This document shows, in pieces, positions 18,237 to 27,949 of a stretch of DNA of 64,000 bases (position 1 is its first letter; every line of letters begins with the position of its first letter). The notes under the pieces are model-generated. The model searched no databases and was not told the DNA's origin. It saw only the letters and a list, made by a program, of their open reading frames with translations. The stretch lies in contig JANRKO010000050.1 of the NCBI GenBank assembly GCA_033763455.1, positions 1-64,000 of the forward strand. Reading direction: 5' to 3'. The position numbers were made by a program, and so were the translations under genes. The stretch is from Polyangiaceae bacterium. GTDB taxonomy: Bacteria; Myxococcota_A; Polyangia; Polyangiales; Polyangiaceae.

Positions 18237-18799
18237 AGCGAAGCACGCAGGTGATCGAAGCCGGTGAAGGTGCAGCCTTTGCCACCACGCGTCTAGCCGA
18301 CATGTTGGCTTGGGCGCAGAAGTATTCGCTCTTCATGTATCCGTTCGTGACGGCTTGTTGCGGCATGGAATTCATGGCTGTTTCCAGCCCTCGCTATGAT
18401 TTCTCGCGCTTCGGGTCAGAGGCCCCGCGGTTTTCTCCCCGCCAGTCGGATTTGCTGTGGGTGGTGGGCACCATCACGCAGCGGCAAGCACCCATTCTTA
18501 AGCGCATTTACGAACAAATGGCCGAGCCGAAGTGGGTTTTGGCGTTCGGCACCTGCGCTTCTTGCGGCGGGTTTTACGACAATTATGCGTGTGTCGCCGG
18601 GGTAGATAAGGTCATCCCGTGTGATGTCTATGTGCCCGGTTGCCCCCCGCGCCCCGAAGGTGTGCTCGATGGGCTCATGCTTTTACAAGACAAGATCCAA
18701 AGCGGAGATCGGCGTCCCAGCATCGTCAAGCCTCGGCATGATCCCGCCGTGGATCAGTCGCTTGGGCTAGTCGATCTCAAGCGCTCCGTGAAGGCCTAA
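18224..18799 (+). CDS. nuoB: NADH-quinone oxidoreductase subunit B
   Basis: TACCGME, SPRQSD, QMAEPKWV, VPGCPPRPE. Confidence 0.95.
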   Translation: MGELKRSTQVIEAGEGAAFATTRLADMLAWAQKYSLFMYPFVTACCGMEFMAVSSPRYDFSRFGSEAPRFSPRQSDLLWVVGTITQRQAPILKRIYEQMAEPKWVLAFGTCASCGGFYDNYACVAGVDKVIPCDVYVPGCPPRPEGVLDGLMLLQDKIQSGDRRPSIVKPRHDPAVDQSLGLVDLKRSVKA

Positions 18800-18826
18800 C
18801 GTTCGAGCCCCAAACCGCGAGATTGT

Positions 18827-19423
18827 ATGGCTCAAGCACTCATCGACCTCCTTAAAAGTCAGTTTCCCACCGCAGTTCTAGAAACGCATTCGCAGCACGG
18901 AGACGAAACGGTCGTGCTCGACGTGCGTCAATGGAAGGCTGTTGCAGAATTCCTTTATTCTTCGCCGAAGGCGGCGATGAACATGCTGACGGATCTCACC
19001 GTGGTGGATTATCCGGATCGTGAGCCGCGGTTTGAGGTCGTCGCGCACCTCTTGTCGCTGAGCCTCGGTCATCGCTTGCGCATCAAAGCGCGCGTTGGAG
19101 ATGAAGCCGGCGAGGGCGCCAACATCGATACCCTCACTGAGATTTGGGCCAGCGCCAACTGGGCAGAACGCGAAGCCTTCGATATGTTCGGCGTAAATTT
19201 TGTGGGTCACCCGGATCTACGGCGCATTCTCATGTATCCCGAATTTCAGGGGCATGCGCTGCGTAAAGATTATCCGGCGGACAAGATCCAACCGCTCGTG
19301 CCCTACCGGGAAATTCCTGGGATTGAGAAGGTTGCGCCCTTCGGTCGCGATGAAGGCATGAGCTTCGGCAGGCAAACTCACTCCCGCTGGGCGGATGATT
19401 CTGAGGACTCGCAGGCGAACTGA
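18827..19423 (+). CDS. nuoC: NADH-quinone oxidoreductase subunit C
   Basis: ANWAEREAFDMFG, GHPDLRRILM, GHALRKDYP. Confidence 0.95.
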   Translation: MAQALIDLLKSQFPTAVLETHSQHGDETVVLDVRQWKAVAEFLYSSPKAAMNMLTDLTVVDYPDREPRFEVVAHLLSLSLGHRLRIKARVGDEAGEGANIDTLTEIWASANWAEREAFDMFGVNFVGHPDLRRILMYPEFQGHALRKDYPADKIQPLVPYREIPGIEKVAPFGRDEGMSFGRQTHSRWADDSEDSQAN

Positions 19424-20637
19424 TGGAACCGATTGACATTGAACTAGACGAAGCCGAGCTTGAGCTACCCGAAGAGCCAATGTTGCTCAACGTGGGGCCT
19501 TCGCATCCGGCGATGCACGGCACCGTGCGTTGCGTGATGGAGCTGAGCGGCGAGCTCATCCACCAGGTGGATGTCCAAGTTGGGTATCTCCATCGCGGGT
19601 TTGAGAAGATGTGCGAGCGCGGAACCTGGGCGCAGGTGTTCCCGTACGTCGACCGTTGCAACTACGTCTCCCCGATGCTCAATAACGTCGGCTTCGCGCT
19701 GGCGTGCGAGAAAATGCTCGGAATTGAAGTGCCTGAGCGTTGCCAGTGGTACCGGATGGCCCTCGGTGAGTTAGCGCGCCTGAGCGACCATCTCACCTGC
19801 GATGGCGCCATGGCGATGGAGCTTGGCGCCTTCACACCATTCCTCTGGATGATCAAAGGGCGCGAGATGGTGTGGGACATCATGGAGGAGGAAACGGGTG
19901 CGCGCCTTACGCACAGCTTTGGGCGTGTGGGCGGCATGGCTGCTCCTCCCACGAAGAACTTCAAGCAGCAATCCTTGGCCGTGGTGGAGCACATTCTCGG
20001 CATCGTGAGCGAAGTGGAGAAGCTTCTGTACGGCAACCGTATCTTCCTCGATCGTTTGGAGGATGTAGGAATTGTCTCCGCTGCGGATGCTATTTCTCTG
20101 GGTTGGACGGGCCCGTGTTTGCGCGCTTCCGGCGTGGCATATGACGTGCGCAAGGCTTCCCCTTACCTGAAGTACGACGAAGTGGAGTTCGACGTACCCG
20201 TGGGCGAAAAAGGCGATTGTTTGGATCGCTTCATTATTCGCCTGGAAGAGATGAAGCAGAGCGCGCGCATCATTCGCCAGGCGATCGCTCGCATGGCGGA
20301 TAGCGGTCCCATCAACGTCGTGGATCCGAGAATTATTTTGCCTCCCAAAGATGAGGTCTACAACACCATTGAAGGCACCATTCAGCACTTCAAGATCATC
20401 ATGGAGGGCCTGAAAATCCCGGCGGGCGAGGTCTATTCCTACACCGAGGCCGGCAACGGCGAGCTCGGTTTTTATCTGGTGAGCGACGGCAGCGGTACCC
20501 CATACCGAGTTCGCATTCGCCCGCCTTGTTACTACATTACCGGTGGCTTGGAGCGCGTTATCACGGGGCAAATGATGGCTGACGTGGTGCCGTGTTTTGG
20601 TTCGCTGAACATGATTGGCGGCGAGTGCGATCGCTAG
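19423..20637 (+). CDS. nuoD: NADH-quinone oxidoreductase subunit D
   Basis: NVGPSHPAMHG, GYLHRGFEK, C-terminal GECDR. Confidence 0.95.
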   Translation: MEPIDIELDEAELELPEEPMLLNVGPSHPAMHGTVRCVMELSGELIHQVDVQVGYLHRGFEKMCERGTWAQVFPYVDRCNYVSPMLNNVGFALACEKMLGIEVPERCQWYRMALGELARLSDHLTCDGAMAMELGAFTPFLWMIKGREMVWDIMEEETGARLTHSFGRVGGMAAPPTKNFKQQSLAVVEHILGIVSEVEKLLYGNRIFLDRLEDVGIVSAADAISLGWTGPCLRASGVAYDVRKASPYLKYDEVEFDVPVGEKGDCLDRFIIRLEEMKQSARIIRQAIARMADSGPINVVDPRIILPPKDEVYNTIEGTIQHFKIIMEGLKIPAGEVYSYTEAGNGELGFYLVSDGSGTPYRVRIRPPCYYITGGLERVITGQMMADVVPCFGSLNMIGGECDR

Positions 20638-20659
20638 CGCTCAAATCTCGGAGAAAGAT

Positions 20660-22222
20660 ATGCCCACGTTCAAGCTAGATGGCCGAGAGATCCCCTTCGA
20701 AAAGGGAGAGACTATTATTCGAGCGGCGCAGCGCGCAGGCGTTGATGTTCCGCACTATTGCTGGCACCCAGGCCTCAGTGTTGCTGCTAACTGCCGCATG
20801 TGTTTGGTGGAGTTAGCTCCGCCCCCGGGGCGCCCCGCTCTCATGCTGGATGTGCTCCGGTGGGACGCTGAGAAGTCCGAATACGTCGTTGAAAAGAAGC
20901 CGAAGCTGGTGCCCGCGTGTCAGCAGGGGGCGGCCGAGGGGCTGGATGTTAAGAGTCAAACGAGCGACCACGTCAAGCGCGCGCGGTCCGCCGTTCAAGA
21001 GCTGTTGCTGCTGAATCACCCCGTGGATTGCCCCATCTGCGATCAGGCCGGCGAATGCCGCCTGCAGGACTATTGGTTGGAGCATCAAGGCACCAAGAAG
21101 CGCATGCACGATGAGCCCATCCACAAGCCCAAGGGGCAGGTGTTTGGGCCAACGATTGTGTACGATGCCGAGCGCTGCATCGTTTGCACGCGCTGCGTGC
21201 GGGTGAGCGAAGAGCTCGCCGGGGATCCCGTCTTGAGCGTTCGCGAACGCGGGAATCTCAATGAGATCGTGGTGGCTCCAGGCCGAAAGCTAGATCACAA
21301 CTACACCCTAATGACGGAGCACGTGTGCCCGGTGGGCGCACTCACGAGTTCGGATTTCCGCTTCAAAGCGCGTGTTTGGTTCTTGAGATCCGTAAGAAGC
21401 GTGTGCGTGGGTTGCTCTAAGGGCTGCAATTCGTACACAGATTTTGATCCCCGAAGCCTCAAAGTTCACCGGTATCGCCCCCGCGACAATGAGAAGGTGA
21501 ACAAGTACTGGATGTGTGACGTGGGCATGCTGGATTACAAGCGGATCCACGAAGGCCGCATCCTGGAAGCTCGCACATCGGGCGAGAGCACAAGTCGGCA
21601 AGGCGCTGTGGCCCGCGCCGCAGCACTCCTCGGAGAAACTCGAGGCAAGCTTGCGTTGATCTTGAGTGCCGAGCACTCGAACGAAGATAACGCCGCGCTC
21701 TACGCTCTCGGCCGAACGTTCCTAGGCGCCACACACGTCTTCTACACGGGTCGTCCTGCGGGCCAGCCAGACAACATCTTGCTCGAAGCAGATAGAAACC
21801 CGAACACCACGGGTGTGTTGTCCGTTTGCCCAGAGGCCAAGCCGGTTACGGAGTTGGGTAAAGTGGTTGCTTCCGGTCAGGTGGCGTTCGCTTTGGCACT
21901 CGGATCAGCATTGCCAGATCAAGCCGTCAGCGCCTCGCTTGCAGGCCTTTCCGGGCTTGTCGTCTTTGCGAGTCACGAAGGCCCACTGCCTCAAGCTGCC
22001 CATGTGGTGCTGCCAGCTGCCAGCTGGGCCGAAGCCCAAGGCACCTTTATCAACTCGGCTGGCATGGAGCAGTTAAGTGAACGAGCCATCCCGCCCCAGG
22101 GAGACAGTCGGCCCGCTTGGAAGCTCATTGCTGAGCTCGGCCAAAAGCTCGGTCACCCGACTACCTGGAAAAGACCGGAACAAATCCAGGGTTCCGCATC
22201 CGCAAACGAGGTGAGAGCGTGA
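20660..22222 (+). CDS. nuoG: NADH-quinone oxidoreductase subunit G (short form)
   Basis: PHYCWHPGL..CRMC, NHPVDCPICDQAGEC, RCIVCTRCVR, CPVGAL, CVGCSKGC. Confidence 0.85.
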   Translation: MPTFKLDGREIPFEKGETIIRAAQRAGVDVPHYCWHPGLSVAANCRMCLVELAPPPGRPALMLDVLRWDAEKSEYVVEKKPKLVPACQQGAAEGLDVKSQTSDHVKRARSAVQELLLLNHPVDCPICDQAGECRLQDYWLEHQGTKKRMHDEPIHKPKGQVFGPTIVYDAERCIVCTRCVRVSEELAGDPVLSVRERGNLNEIVVAPGRKLDHNYTLMTEHVCPVGALTSSDFRFKARVWFLRSVRSVCVGCSKGCNSYTDFDPRSLKVHRYRPRDNEKVNKYWMCDVGMLDYKRIHEGRILEARTSGESTSRQGAVARAAALLGETRGKLALILSAEHSNEDNAALYALGRTFLGATHVFYTGRPAGQPDNILLEADRNPNTTGVLSVCPEAKPVTELGKVVASGQVAFALALGSALPDQAVSASLAGLSGLVVFASHEGPLPQAAHVVLPAASWAEAQGTFINSAGMEQLSERAIPPQGDSRPAWKLIAELGQKLGHPTTWKRPEQIQGSASANEVRA

Positions 22223-24030
22223 GCATCTGGCTGGGACTTATAATCGCGAAGTCCGCCTTCGTCGTGCTATTTGGCATGAATCTAGGCGTGCTTCTAACTT
22301 GGACGGATCGCCGCCAGGGCGCCATGATGCAAGATCGCATCGGGCCCAATCGCGCTGTCATCTGGTTGCCTACTCGCATAGTGCAAGCTGTGCTGGTGTT
22401 GGCCGCACTTGGTGCGGGCGGTGCGACTTTGTTTGCCGCCCAAGCACTCAAATCCGGCGGCGTTGCAGTTCCAAGCACTGCCTCAGCCGTATTGTTTGGT
22501 GAGCTCGCATTGTTCTTAAGCTGGTTTACGTTCATCGTGATCGCCAGCCGCGTTCGGGCCCGGGGGGCGCGCAATAGCTTCGATCGGTTTGTCGCTGATT
22601 TGAGCGCAGCGTTCGGCGGGGCGCGTTTTGTTGCGCTCGCTGGGATGATAGCGCAGTTAGTGCTCTTGCTTCTTATCGCCGCCACGAGTGGCACTGAACT
22701 CGGCGAGACGGTGCGCTCGGTGGCGTTCGGTGCAGGCGCGGCGCAGTTTGCCTGCGCGGCAGTTGGAGGCTCGTTGTATGCGGCGTTCAGCATTCACGAA
22801 GAGCCTCGTGTAGGGTTGCGCCTCGCAGGCCTTCTTCACCCGGCAGCGGATGGCTTGAAGACGCTCTTCAAGGAAGATTTCATTCCCCCGAATGCTGATC
22901 GCTTGATGCACAGTATCGCGCCGTTCATCACGTTTTTTCCCGCGTTGGTGGTGCTTGGCGTAGTGCCGTTCGGGGACACTCTGTGTTTCGACACACCTCC
23001 TGATCAGCCATTTACTCTTGAATCGCTTGGCACGCTGATGCGTACGGTGGGTTCGACCGGTGTGTGCCCAGCGGGTGCCACGGCTTTCAAGCTGCAGGCG
23101 CTCGATCTGAACATCGGCTTACTCTACTTCTTTGCGTTAGCTGGAACCGGCATCGTGGGCGCGGCGTTGGCCGGCTGGGCTAGCGACAATAAGTTCAGCT
23201 TGTTGGGCGGGCTGCGCGCGGCCAGCCAGATGGTCTCCTACGAGGTTGCCCTGGGGCTTACCTTGGTGGGTGCGCTCATGGTGTACGGCACCATTCGCAT
23301 CGACGAAATGATCACGTGGCAGTCTCAGAATACCTGGGGGATTTTCGTTCAACCCTTGGCTTTCGTACTGTTTTTTGCGGCCGCCGTTGCTGAATCCAAG
23401 CGGATTCCATTTGATTTGCCAGAGGGCGAAAGTGAAATCGTGGCCGGGTACTTCACTGAATACGCGGGCATGAAGTTCGCGATGTTTTTCTTCTCCGAGT
23501 ACATCGCCGTCGTATCGTCGAGTGCCCTCATGGTCGCCATTTTCTTGGGCGGCTGGCATCTTCCCTTCCTCGGGCGAGATGGCGTGCACATCGCACTCGG
23601 GGACACTGTGTATTTTCATCAGGCCATGTCGCATGGCGCCGTGGTGCTCATTGGGGTGCTTGGCTTCATTGGTAAGATCATCGCGCTGTGCTGGCTCCAG
23701 CTGAGCATTCGCTGGACTTTGCCAAGGTTTCGTTACGATCAGCTGATGCGTCTAGGCTGGAGGAAGCTTCTCCCGCTTTCTTTGGTCAATGTTCTCGCTA
23801 CTGGCCTGGCGATTCTGCTGGTCCAGGAGGCGAGTGAGACGGTGTCAGCCGCACTTCACTACTTGGCGGATGCCACCATGGCGCTATTGGCCGCTGGGGG
23901 CTTACTCGGCTTCTTGGTGTTTATTGCGTTCCTTTTGAAAGCGCCTAACAAGAAACAAACCCTTTCGAGCACTTCCGCCCAATACGCGCATGCACAGGGC
24001 GGCACCCACACAAGAAGGATGGAGGCGTAA
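22219..24030 (+). CDS. nuoH: NADH-quinone oxidoreductase subunit H with large insertions
   Basis: QDRIGPNR, ADGLKTLFKED, GGLRAASQMVSYE, RIPFDLPEGESE and RWTLPRFRYDQLM. Length is 603 aa. Confidence 0.9.
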   Translation: MSIWLGLIIAKSAFVVLFGMNLGVLLTWTDRRQGAMMQDRIGPNRAVIWLPTRIVQAVLVLAALGAGGATLFAAQALKSGGVAVPSTASAVLFGELALFLSWFTFIVIASRVRARGARNSFDRFVADLSAAFGGARFVALAGMIAQLVLLLLIAATSGTELGETVRSVAFGAGAAQFACAAVGGSLYAAFSIHEEPRVGLRLAGLLHPAADGLKTLFKEDFIPPNADRLMHSIAPFITFFPALVVLGVVPFGDTLCFDTPPDQPFTLESLGTLMRTVGSTGVCPAGATAFKLQALDLNIGLLYFFALAGTGIVGAALAGWASDNKFSLLGGLRAASQMVSYEVALGLTLVGALMVYGTIRIDEMITWQSQNTWGIFVQPLAFVLFFAAAVAESKRIPFDLPEGESEIVAGYFTEYAGMKFAMFFFSEYIAVVSSSALMVAIFLGGWHLPFLGRDGVHIALGDTVYFHQAMSHGAVVLIGVLGFIGKIIALCWLQLSIRWTLPRFRYDQLMRLGWRKLLPLSLVNVLATGLAILLVQEASETVSAALHYLADATMALLAAGGLLGFLVFIAFLLKAPNKKQTLSSTSAQYAHAQGGTHTRRMEA

Positions 24031-24678
24031 GTGACAACCAGCCCCCTAGGTCCCCGTGGCGTTGTTGGAACGCCCCTCAAACGGCCAAACCGTAGCACCT
24101 CCGTTCAGTCATACGTGCCCGAGATTGCCAAAGGTCTCGGCATCACTATGAGCCACTTCTTCAAGAACACGAAGGAGATGGTGCTCGGGCAGAGGAATGA
24201 TCCGAATACCGAGGCAATTGAGGAAGGCATTAACACCGTAAGCTATCCCGAGCAGCGCCGCCCCTACCCAGAGCGCTTTCGTGGCGTTCATCGCCTCACG
24301 GAGCGTGAGGATGGCTCACCGCGTTGCGTCGCCTGCCTTTGCTGTTCCACCGCGTGTCCGGCTCAGTGCATTCACATTGAGGCCGGCGAGTACCCCGAAG
24401 GCGATCCTCGCCGAGGCTACGAGCGTTTCCCGGACAAGTTCGTGATCGACGAATTGCGCTGCATTTTTTGCGGCTATTGCGTCGAAGCGTGCCCGTGTGA
24501 CGCCATCCGAATGGATACCGGAATTCACCCTGTTCCTTATGATTCGCGGGAACAGTTCATCTACGCGAAAGACTTGCTGCTGAAGATGCCGAGCCGCAAG
24601 AACGATCACGTTACCGAGAATCCTCGTCACGAGCCCGGCGAATCCTCCCACCCCGGTATCGACCGCGATCGCCACTGA
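24031..24678 (+). CDS. nuoI: NADH-quinone oxidoreductase subunit I
   Basis: YPE...RFRG and two ferredoxin motifs, [12 protein letters not shown] and [12 protein letters not shown]. Confidence 0.92.
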   Translation: MTTSPLGPRGVVGTPLKRPNRSTSVQSYVPEIAKGLGITMSHFFKNTKEMVLGQRNDPNTEAIEEGINTVSYPEQRRPYPERFRGVHRLTEREDGSPRCVACLCCSTACPAQCIHIEAGEYPEGDPRRGYERFPDKFVIDELRCIFCGYCVEACPCDAIRMDTGIHPVPYDSREQFIYAKDLLLKMPSRKNDHVTENPRHEPGESSHPGIDRDRH

Positions 24679-24685
24679 GGCACCC

Positions 24686-26125
24686 GTGGCCGTAAGCTAC
24701 GAACCTGTCATTGGGCTTGAGGTTCACGCTCAGCTTCAGACCAAGAGTAAGCTGTTCTGCGGTTGCTCCACTGAGTTTGGAAAGGGGCCTAATAGCAACG
24801 TATGCCCCGTGTGCTTGGGTCTGCCTGGGGCGCTGCCGGTTCTCAACGGTACGGCAGTGGAGATGGCTGTTCGCGCAGCCCTAGCGCTCGATTGCACCAT
24901 TGCGGAAACGAGCATTTTTGCGCGCAAGAACTACTTCTACCCAGATCTGCCGAAGGGCTACCAGATAAGCCAATACGACCTCCCGCTCTGTAGCCACGGG
25001 CATCTGGATGTACCGGTTGAGACGGGCACTAAACGCATTGGCATTACCCGCATCCACATGGAGGAGGATGCCGGCAAGAACGTGCACGGGGTAGGTGGGG
25101 ATTCAGCGGTAGATCTCAACCGCGCGGGGGTGCCACTCATCGAGATAGTGAGCGAACCCGATCTGCGTTCAAGCTCGGATGCTGCCAACTATCTGAGAAC
25201 TCTACGCGATATCTTGGTGGCAATCGGCGTGAACGATGGCAACTTGGAGGAGGGAAGCTTCCGCTGCGATGCCAACGTTTCGATCCGGCCGGTGGGGCAG
25301 CAGAAATTCGGAACCCGTTGCGAGCTCAAGAACATCAATAGCTTCCGTTTTGTACAACGAGCGATCGATTCCGAGATCGCTCGCCAAACGGCGGTGCTGG
25401 ATGCGGGCGGCACCATCACGCAGGAAACGCGAAGCTTCGACCCAGAGACGGGTCTCACCAAAACGTTGCGTTCGAAGGAAGATGCCCACGATTACCGTTA
25501 TTTCCCCGAGCCTGATCTCCCGAGCGTGAGAGTTACTGCCGAGATGATTGCGGCGGAGCGGCCCCGGGTACAGGATTTGCCGCTGCGCGTGCGCGCGCGC
25601 TGGGTGGATGAGCTCGGGTTAACACCTGCAACTGCGCAAACGTTGAGTCAGCACCCAGGTTACGTTCAGTTCTTCGAGGCAGCTCGAAGGGGCTATGCCG
25701 ATGCCGTAAAGCTTGCCAACTTCATGCAAACGGAAGTTTTGCGCGGTGCGAAAGTTCACGGGCTAAAGGCAGAATTTACCGTTTCGGCCGAACAAGTTGC
25801 AGAGCTTCTATCCTTGGTGGAAGCCAAAGCGATAAGCGGGAAGCAGGCAAAAGACGTATTCGCAGCCATGGAAGGCACGACCCTTTCACCTCGGGAAATT
25901 GTCAAAGGCCAAGGCATGGCCGTTATCTCGAGCGAGGAGGATTTAATTCCCGTTTGCGAGAGCTTGATTGCCCAATACCCGAAGCAAAAAGAACAATTCT
26001 TGGGCGGCAAGACGGCAATCTTGGGCTTCTTTGTCGGCCAGGTCATGAAGGAAACCAAAGGGCGTGCCGAGCCAGAGCTCGTGGCTCAGCTGCTCCCCCG
26101 TTTGCTCAAAGGCGAAGCGTCGTGA
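24686..26125 (+). CDS. gatB: Asp/Glu-tRNA amidotransferase subunit B
   Basis: IGLEVHAQL, RKNYFYPDLPKGYQISQ, YRYFPEPDL. Confidence 0.96.
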   Translation: MAVSYEPVIGLEVHAQLQTKSKLFCGCSTEFGKGPNSNVCPVCLGLPGALPVLNGTAVEMAVRAALALDCTIAETSIFARKNYFYPDLPKGYQISQYDLPLCSHGHLDVPVETGTKRIGITRIHMEEDAGKNVHGVGGDSAVDLNRAGVPLIEIVSEPDLRSSSDAANYLRTLRDILVAIGVNDGNLEEGSFRCDANVSIRPVGQQKFGTRCELKNINSFRFVQRAIDSEIARQTAVLDAGGTITQETRSFDPETGLTKTLRSKEDAHDYRYFPEPDLPSVRVTAEMIAAERPRVQDLPLRVRARWVDELGLTPATAQTLSQHPGYVQFFEAARRGYADAVKLANFMQTEVLRGAKVHGLKAEFTVSAEQVAELLSLVEAKAISGKQAKDVFAAMEGTTLSPREIVKGQGMAVISSEEDLIPVCESLIAQYPKQKEQFLGGKTAILGFFVGQVMKETKGRAEPELVAQLLPRLLKGEAS

Positions 26126-27129
26126 GCGCAGGGTTGCCGATTCGCGAACCGAAGCCCACCTGGCTGAAGGTGAGAGCGCCAGGTGGCGAAAACTACCGCC
26201 GGATCAAGCAAACGCTTCGAGAGCTAGATCTATTCACGGTGTGCGAAGAAGCACGTTGTCCCAACGTTGGTGAGTGTTGGAGCGAGGGCACCGCAACCGT
26301 CATGGTGCTAGGGCACATGTGTACGCGTGGCTGCAGGTTCTGTGCGGTTACAACCGGCAATCCAAAGGGAGCTGTTGACCCGCGTGAGCCTGAACACGTG
26401 GCCCGAGCACTGGCTAAGTTGGGGCTAAAGTATGTTGTCCTCACTATGGTAGATCGCGACGATCTTCTGGACGGTGGTGCTTCGCACGTGGCGCAAACCG
26501 TGTCAGCGCTTCGACGCCACCAGCCAGATCTGTTGGTGGAGACCCTCGTCGGTGATTTCGGTGGGCGGAAAACGGATATCCGAACCGTTCTAGAGGCCAT
26601 GCCGGATGTCTATGCGCACAATATTGAAGTAACGCGCAGGTTAACGCCAATTATCCGCGATCAGCGGTGCCGTTATGAGCTTTCGCTCGAAACCCTGCGC
26701 TATGCCAAGGAAGTAGCTCCGGAACGGTACGTCAAGAGTTCACTGATGGTTGGGATCGGCGAAACAGACGAAGAAGTTTACGAAACCCTTTCCGATCTTC
26801 GACAGCACGGCGTTGATATTGTCACGCTCGGGCAGTACCTCAGGCCCACACCAAAGCACGCTCCCGTTCATCGCTATGTAACTCCTGAGCTGTTCGCATC
26901 CTTCGAGACCTTTGCCCGTGAGCTTGGGTTTGCGTTCGTAGCATCCGGCCCACTCGTCCGATCGAGTTACCGTGCTGCGGAAGGGTTTGTCGGAGCACGC
27001 CTTAGACCCGCGCCGCGACAAATCTCCGAGGATTTGGCTGAGCAGCCTGGTCAGCAGCTGGGTCATGGTTCCCCGGGAGCAAGTATCGACGCGGGCGGCT
27101 TGGTCGTGCTCCACAGGCGCTCGCCCTAA
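26122..27129 (+). CDS. lipA: Lipoyl synthase
   Basis: KPTWLK, CEEARCPNVGEC, CTRGCRFC and RSSY. GTG start overlaps the gatB stop. Confidence 0.95.
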   Translation: MSAGLPIREPKPTWLKVRAPGGENYRRIKQTLRELDLFTVCEEARCPNVGECWSEGTATVMVLGHMCTRGCRFCAVTTGNPKGAVDPREPEHVARALAKLGLKYVVLTMVDRDDLLDGGASHVAQTVSALRRHQPDLLVETLVGDFGGRKTDIRTVLEAMPDVYAHNIEVTRRLTPIIRDQRCRYELSLETLRYAKEVAPERYVKSSLMVGIGETDEEVYETLSDLRQHGVDIVTLGQYLRPTPKHAPVHRYVTPELFASFETFARELGFAFVASGPLVRSSYRAAEGFVGARLRPAPRQISEDLAEQPGQQLGHGSPGASIDAGGLVVLHRRSP

Positions 27130-27212
27130 GGTCAAGGCGAGTGCCCGGCGGGGCTTGGATCGGGTGCTGGCCAGGAGCCTCACGCCGCGATACATATGAG
27201 TGTGGAGAAAAG

Positions 27213-27782
27213 ATGCCCGACGCTGATCCCTCACTGCTGCAGCAAATCGTAAACACGCTGGGCACACCGCCCTCCTACGCGGAACGAGGGGTGTCGGGGT
27301 CGATCATGGCTATTGCCGCCCAGAGTTACGGCTCCAATTCGGTGATAGAGGACGTGACGCAGCCCACGGGGTTTGATCCCGAAGTTGCGGCCCTCTTCGA
27401 ATCTCTCGTGGAAAGTGCCTTTCTGGTCGCGAATGCCGATGGGGATTTTGACGATGCCGAGCGTGAAGCCTTCGAGCATGTAGTGCTTGCCGTGTGTAAC
27501 GGCAAAGTCGCGGTGCGTCAGGTGCACGCCCTGCTGCTCGATCTTGAGACACAACTGGAGGAAGACGGGCTGGAGCGTCGAGTTGAAATGATCGGCCGCA
27601 CTGTGAAACGCCCCGAGCATGCGTTGGAGGTCTTGCGTGTAGCGGCGTTACTGGCTGAGGTCTCGGGCGGCGTGAGCGACATCGAACGCGACGTGCTAGG
27701 GGCGTTGGCCAAAGCGTGCAACGTGGATGAATCGAACCTATCTCGAGCGTTGAGCGAGGCCACTTTGGCATTCAGGAGTTAG
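27213..27782 (+). CDS. TerB-family protein
   Basis: AFLVANADGDFDDAER and SGGVSDIERDVL match the duplicated TerB motif. Confidence 0.75.
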   Translation: MPDADPSLLQQIVNTLGTPPSYAERGVSGSIMAIAAQSYGSNSVIEDVTQPTGFDPEVAALFESLVESAFLVANADGDFDDAEREAFEHVVLAVCNGKVAVRQVHALLLDLETQLEEDGLERRVEMIGRTVKRPEHALEVLRVAALLAEVSGGVSDIERDVLGALAKACNVDESNLSRALSEATLAFRS

Positions 27783-27949
27783 GCTGCCGTAGGAGCGGGG
27801 GGTCCTCCACGAGGTCGGGTGCGAAGCCCATGACGCACTGCTGGCTTGAAGCAGAACTGTGGAGAAATACCGCATATCGTGAGCGTATTCGTAGATGCGG
27901 GGACGGCTTACCACGGAGCCTCGCTTAGATTAGGCTACGGCCGATTCAA

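Noticed and set aside
27213..27782. Tellurite-resistance or defence ter locus
   Set aside because: A solitary TerB-family gene among housekeeping genes, with no other ter genes.
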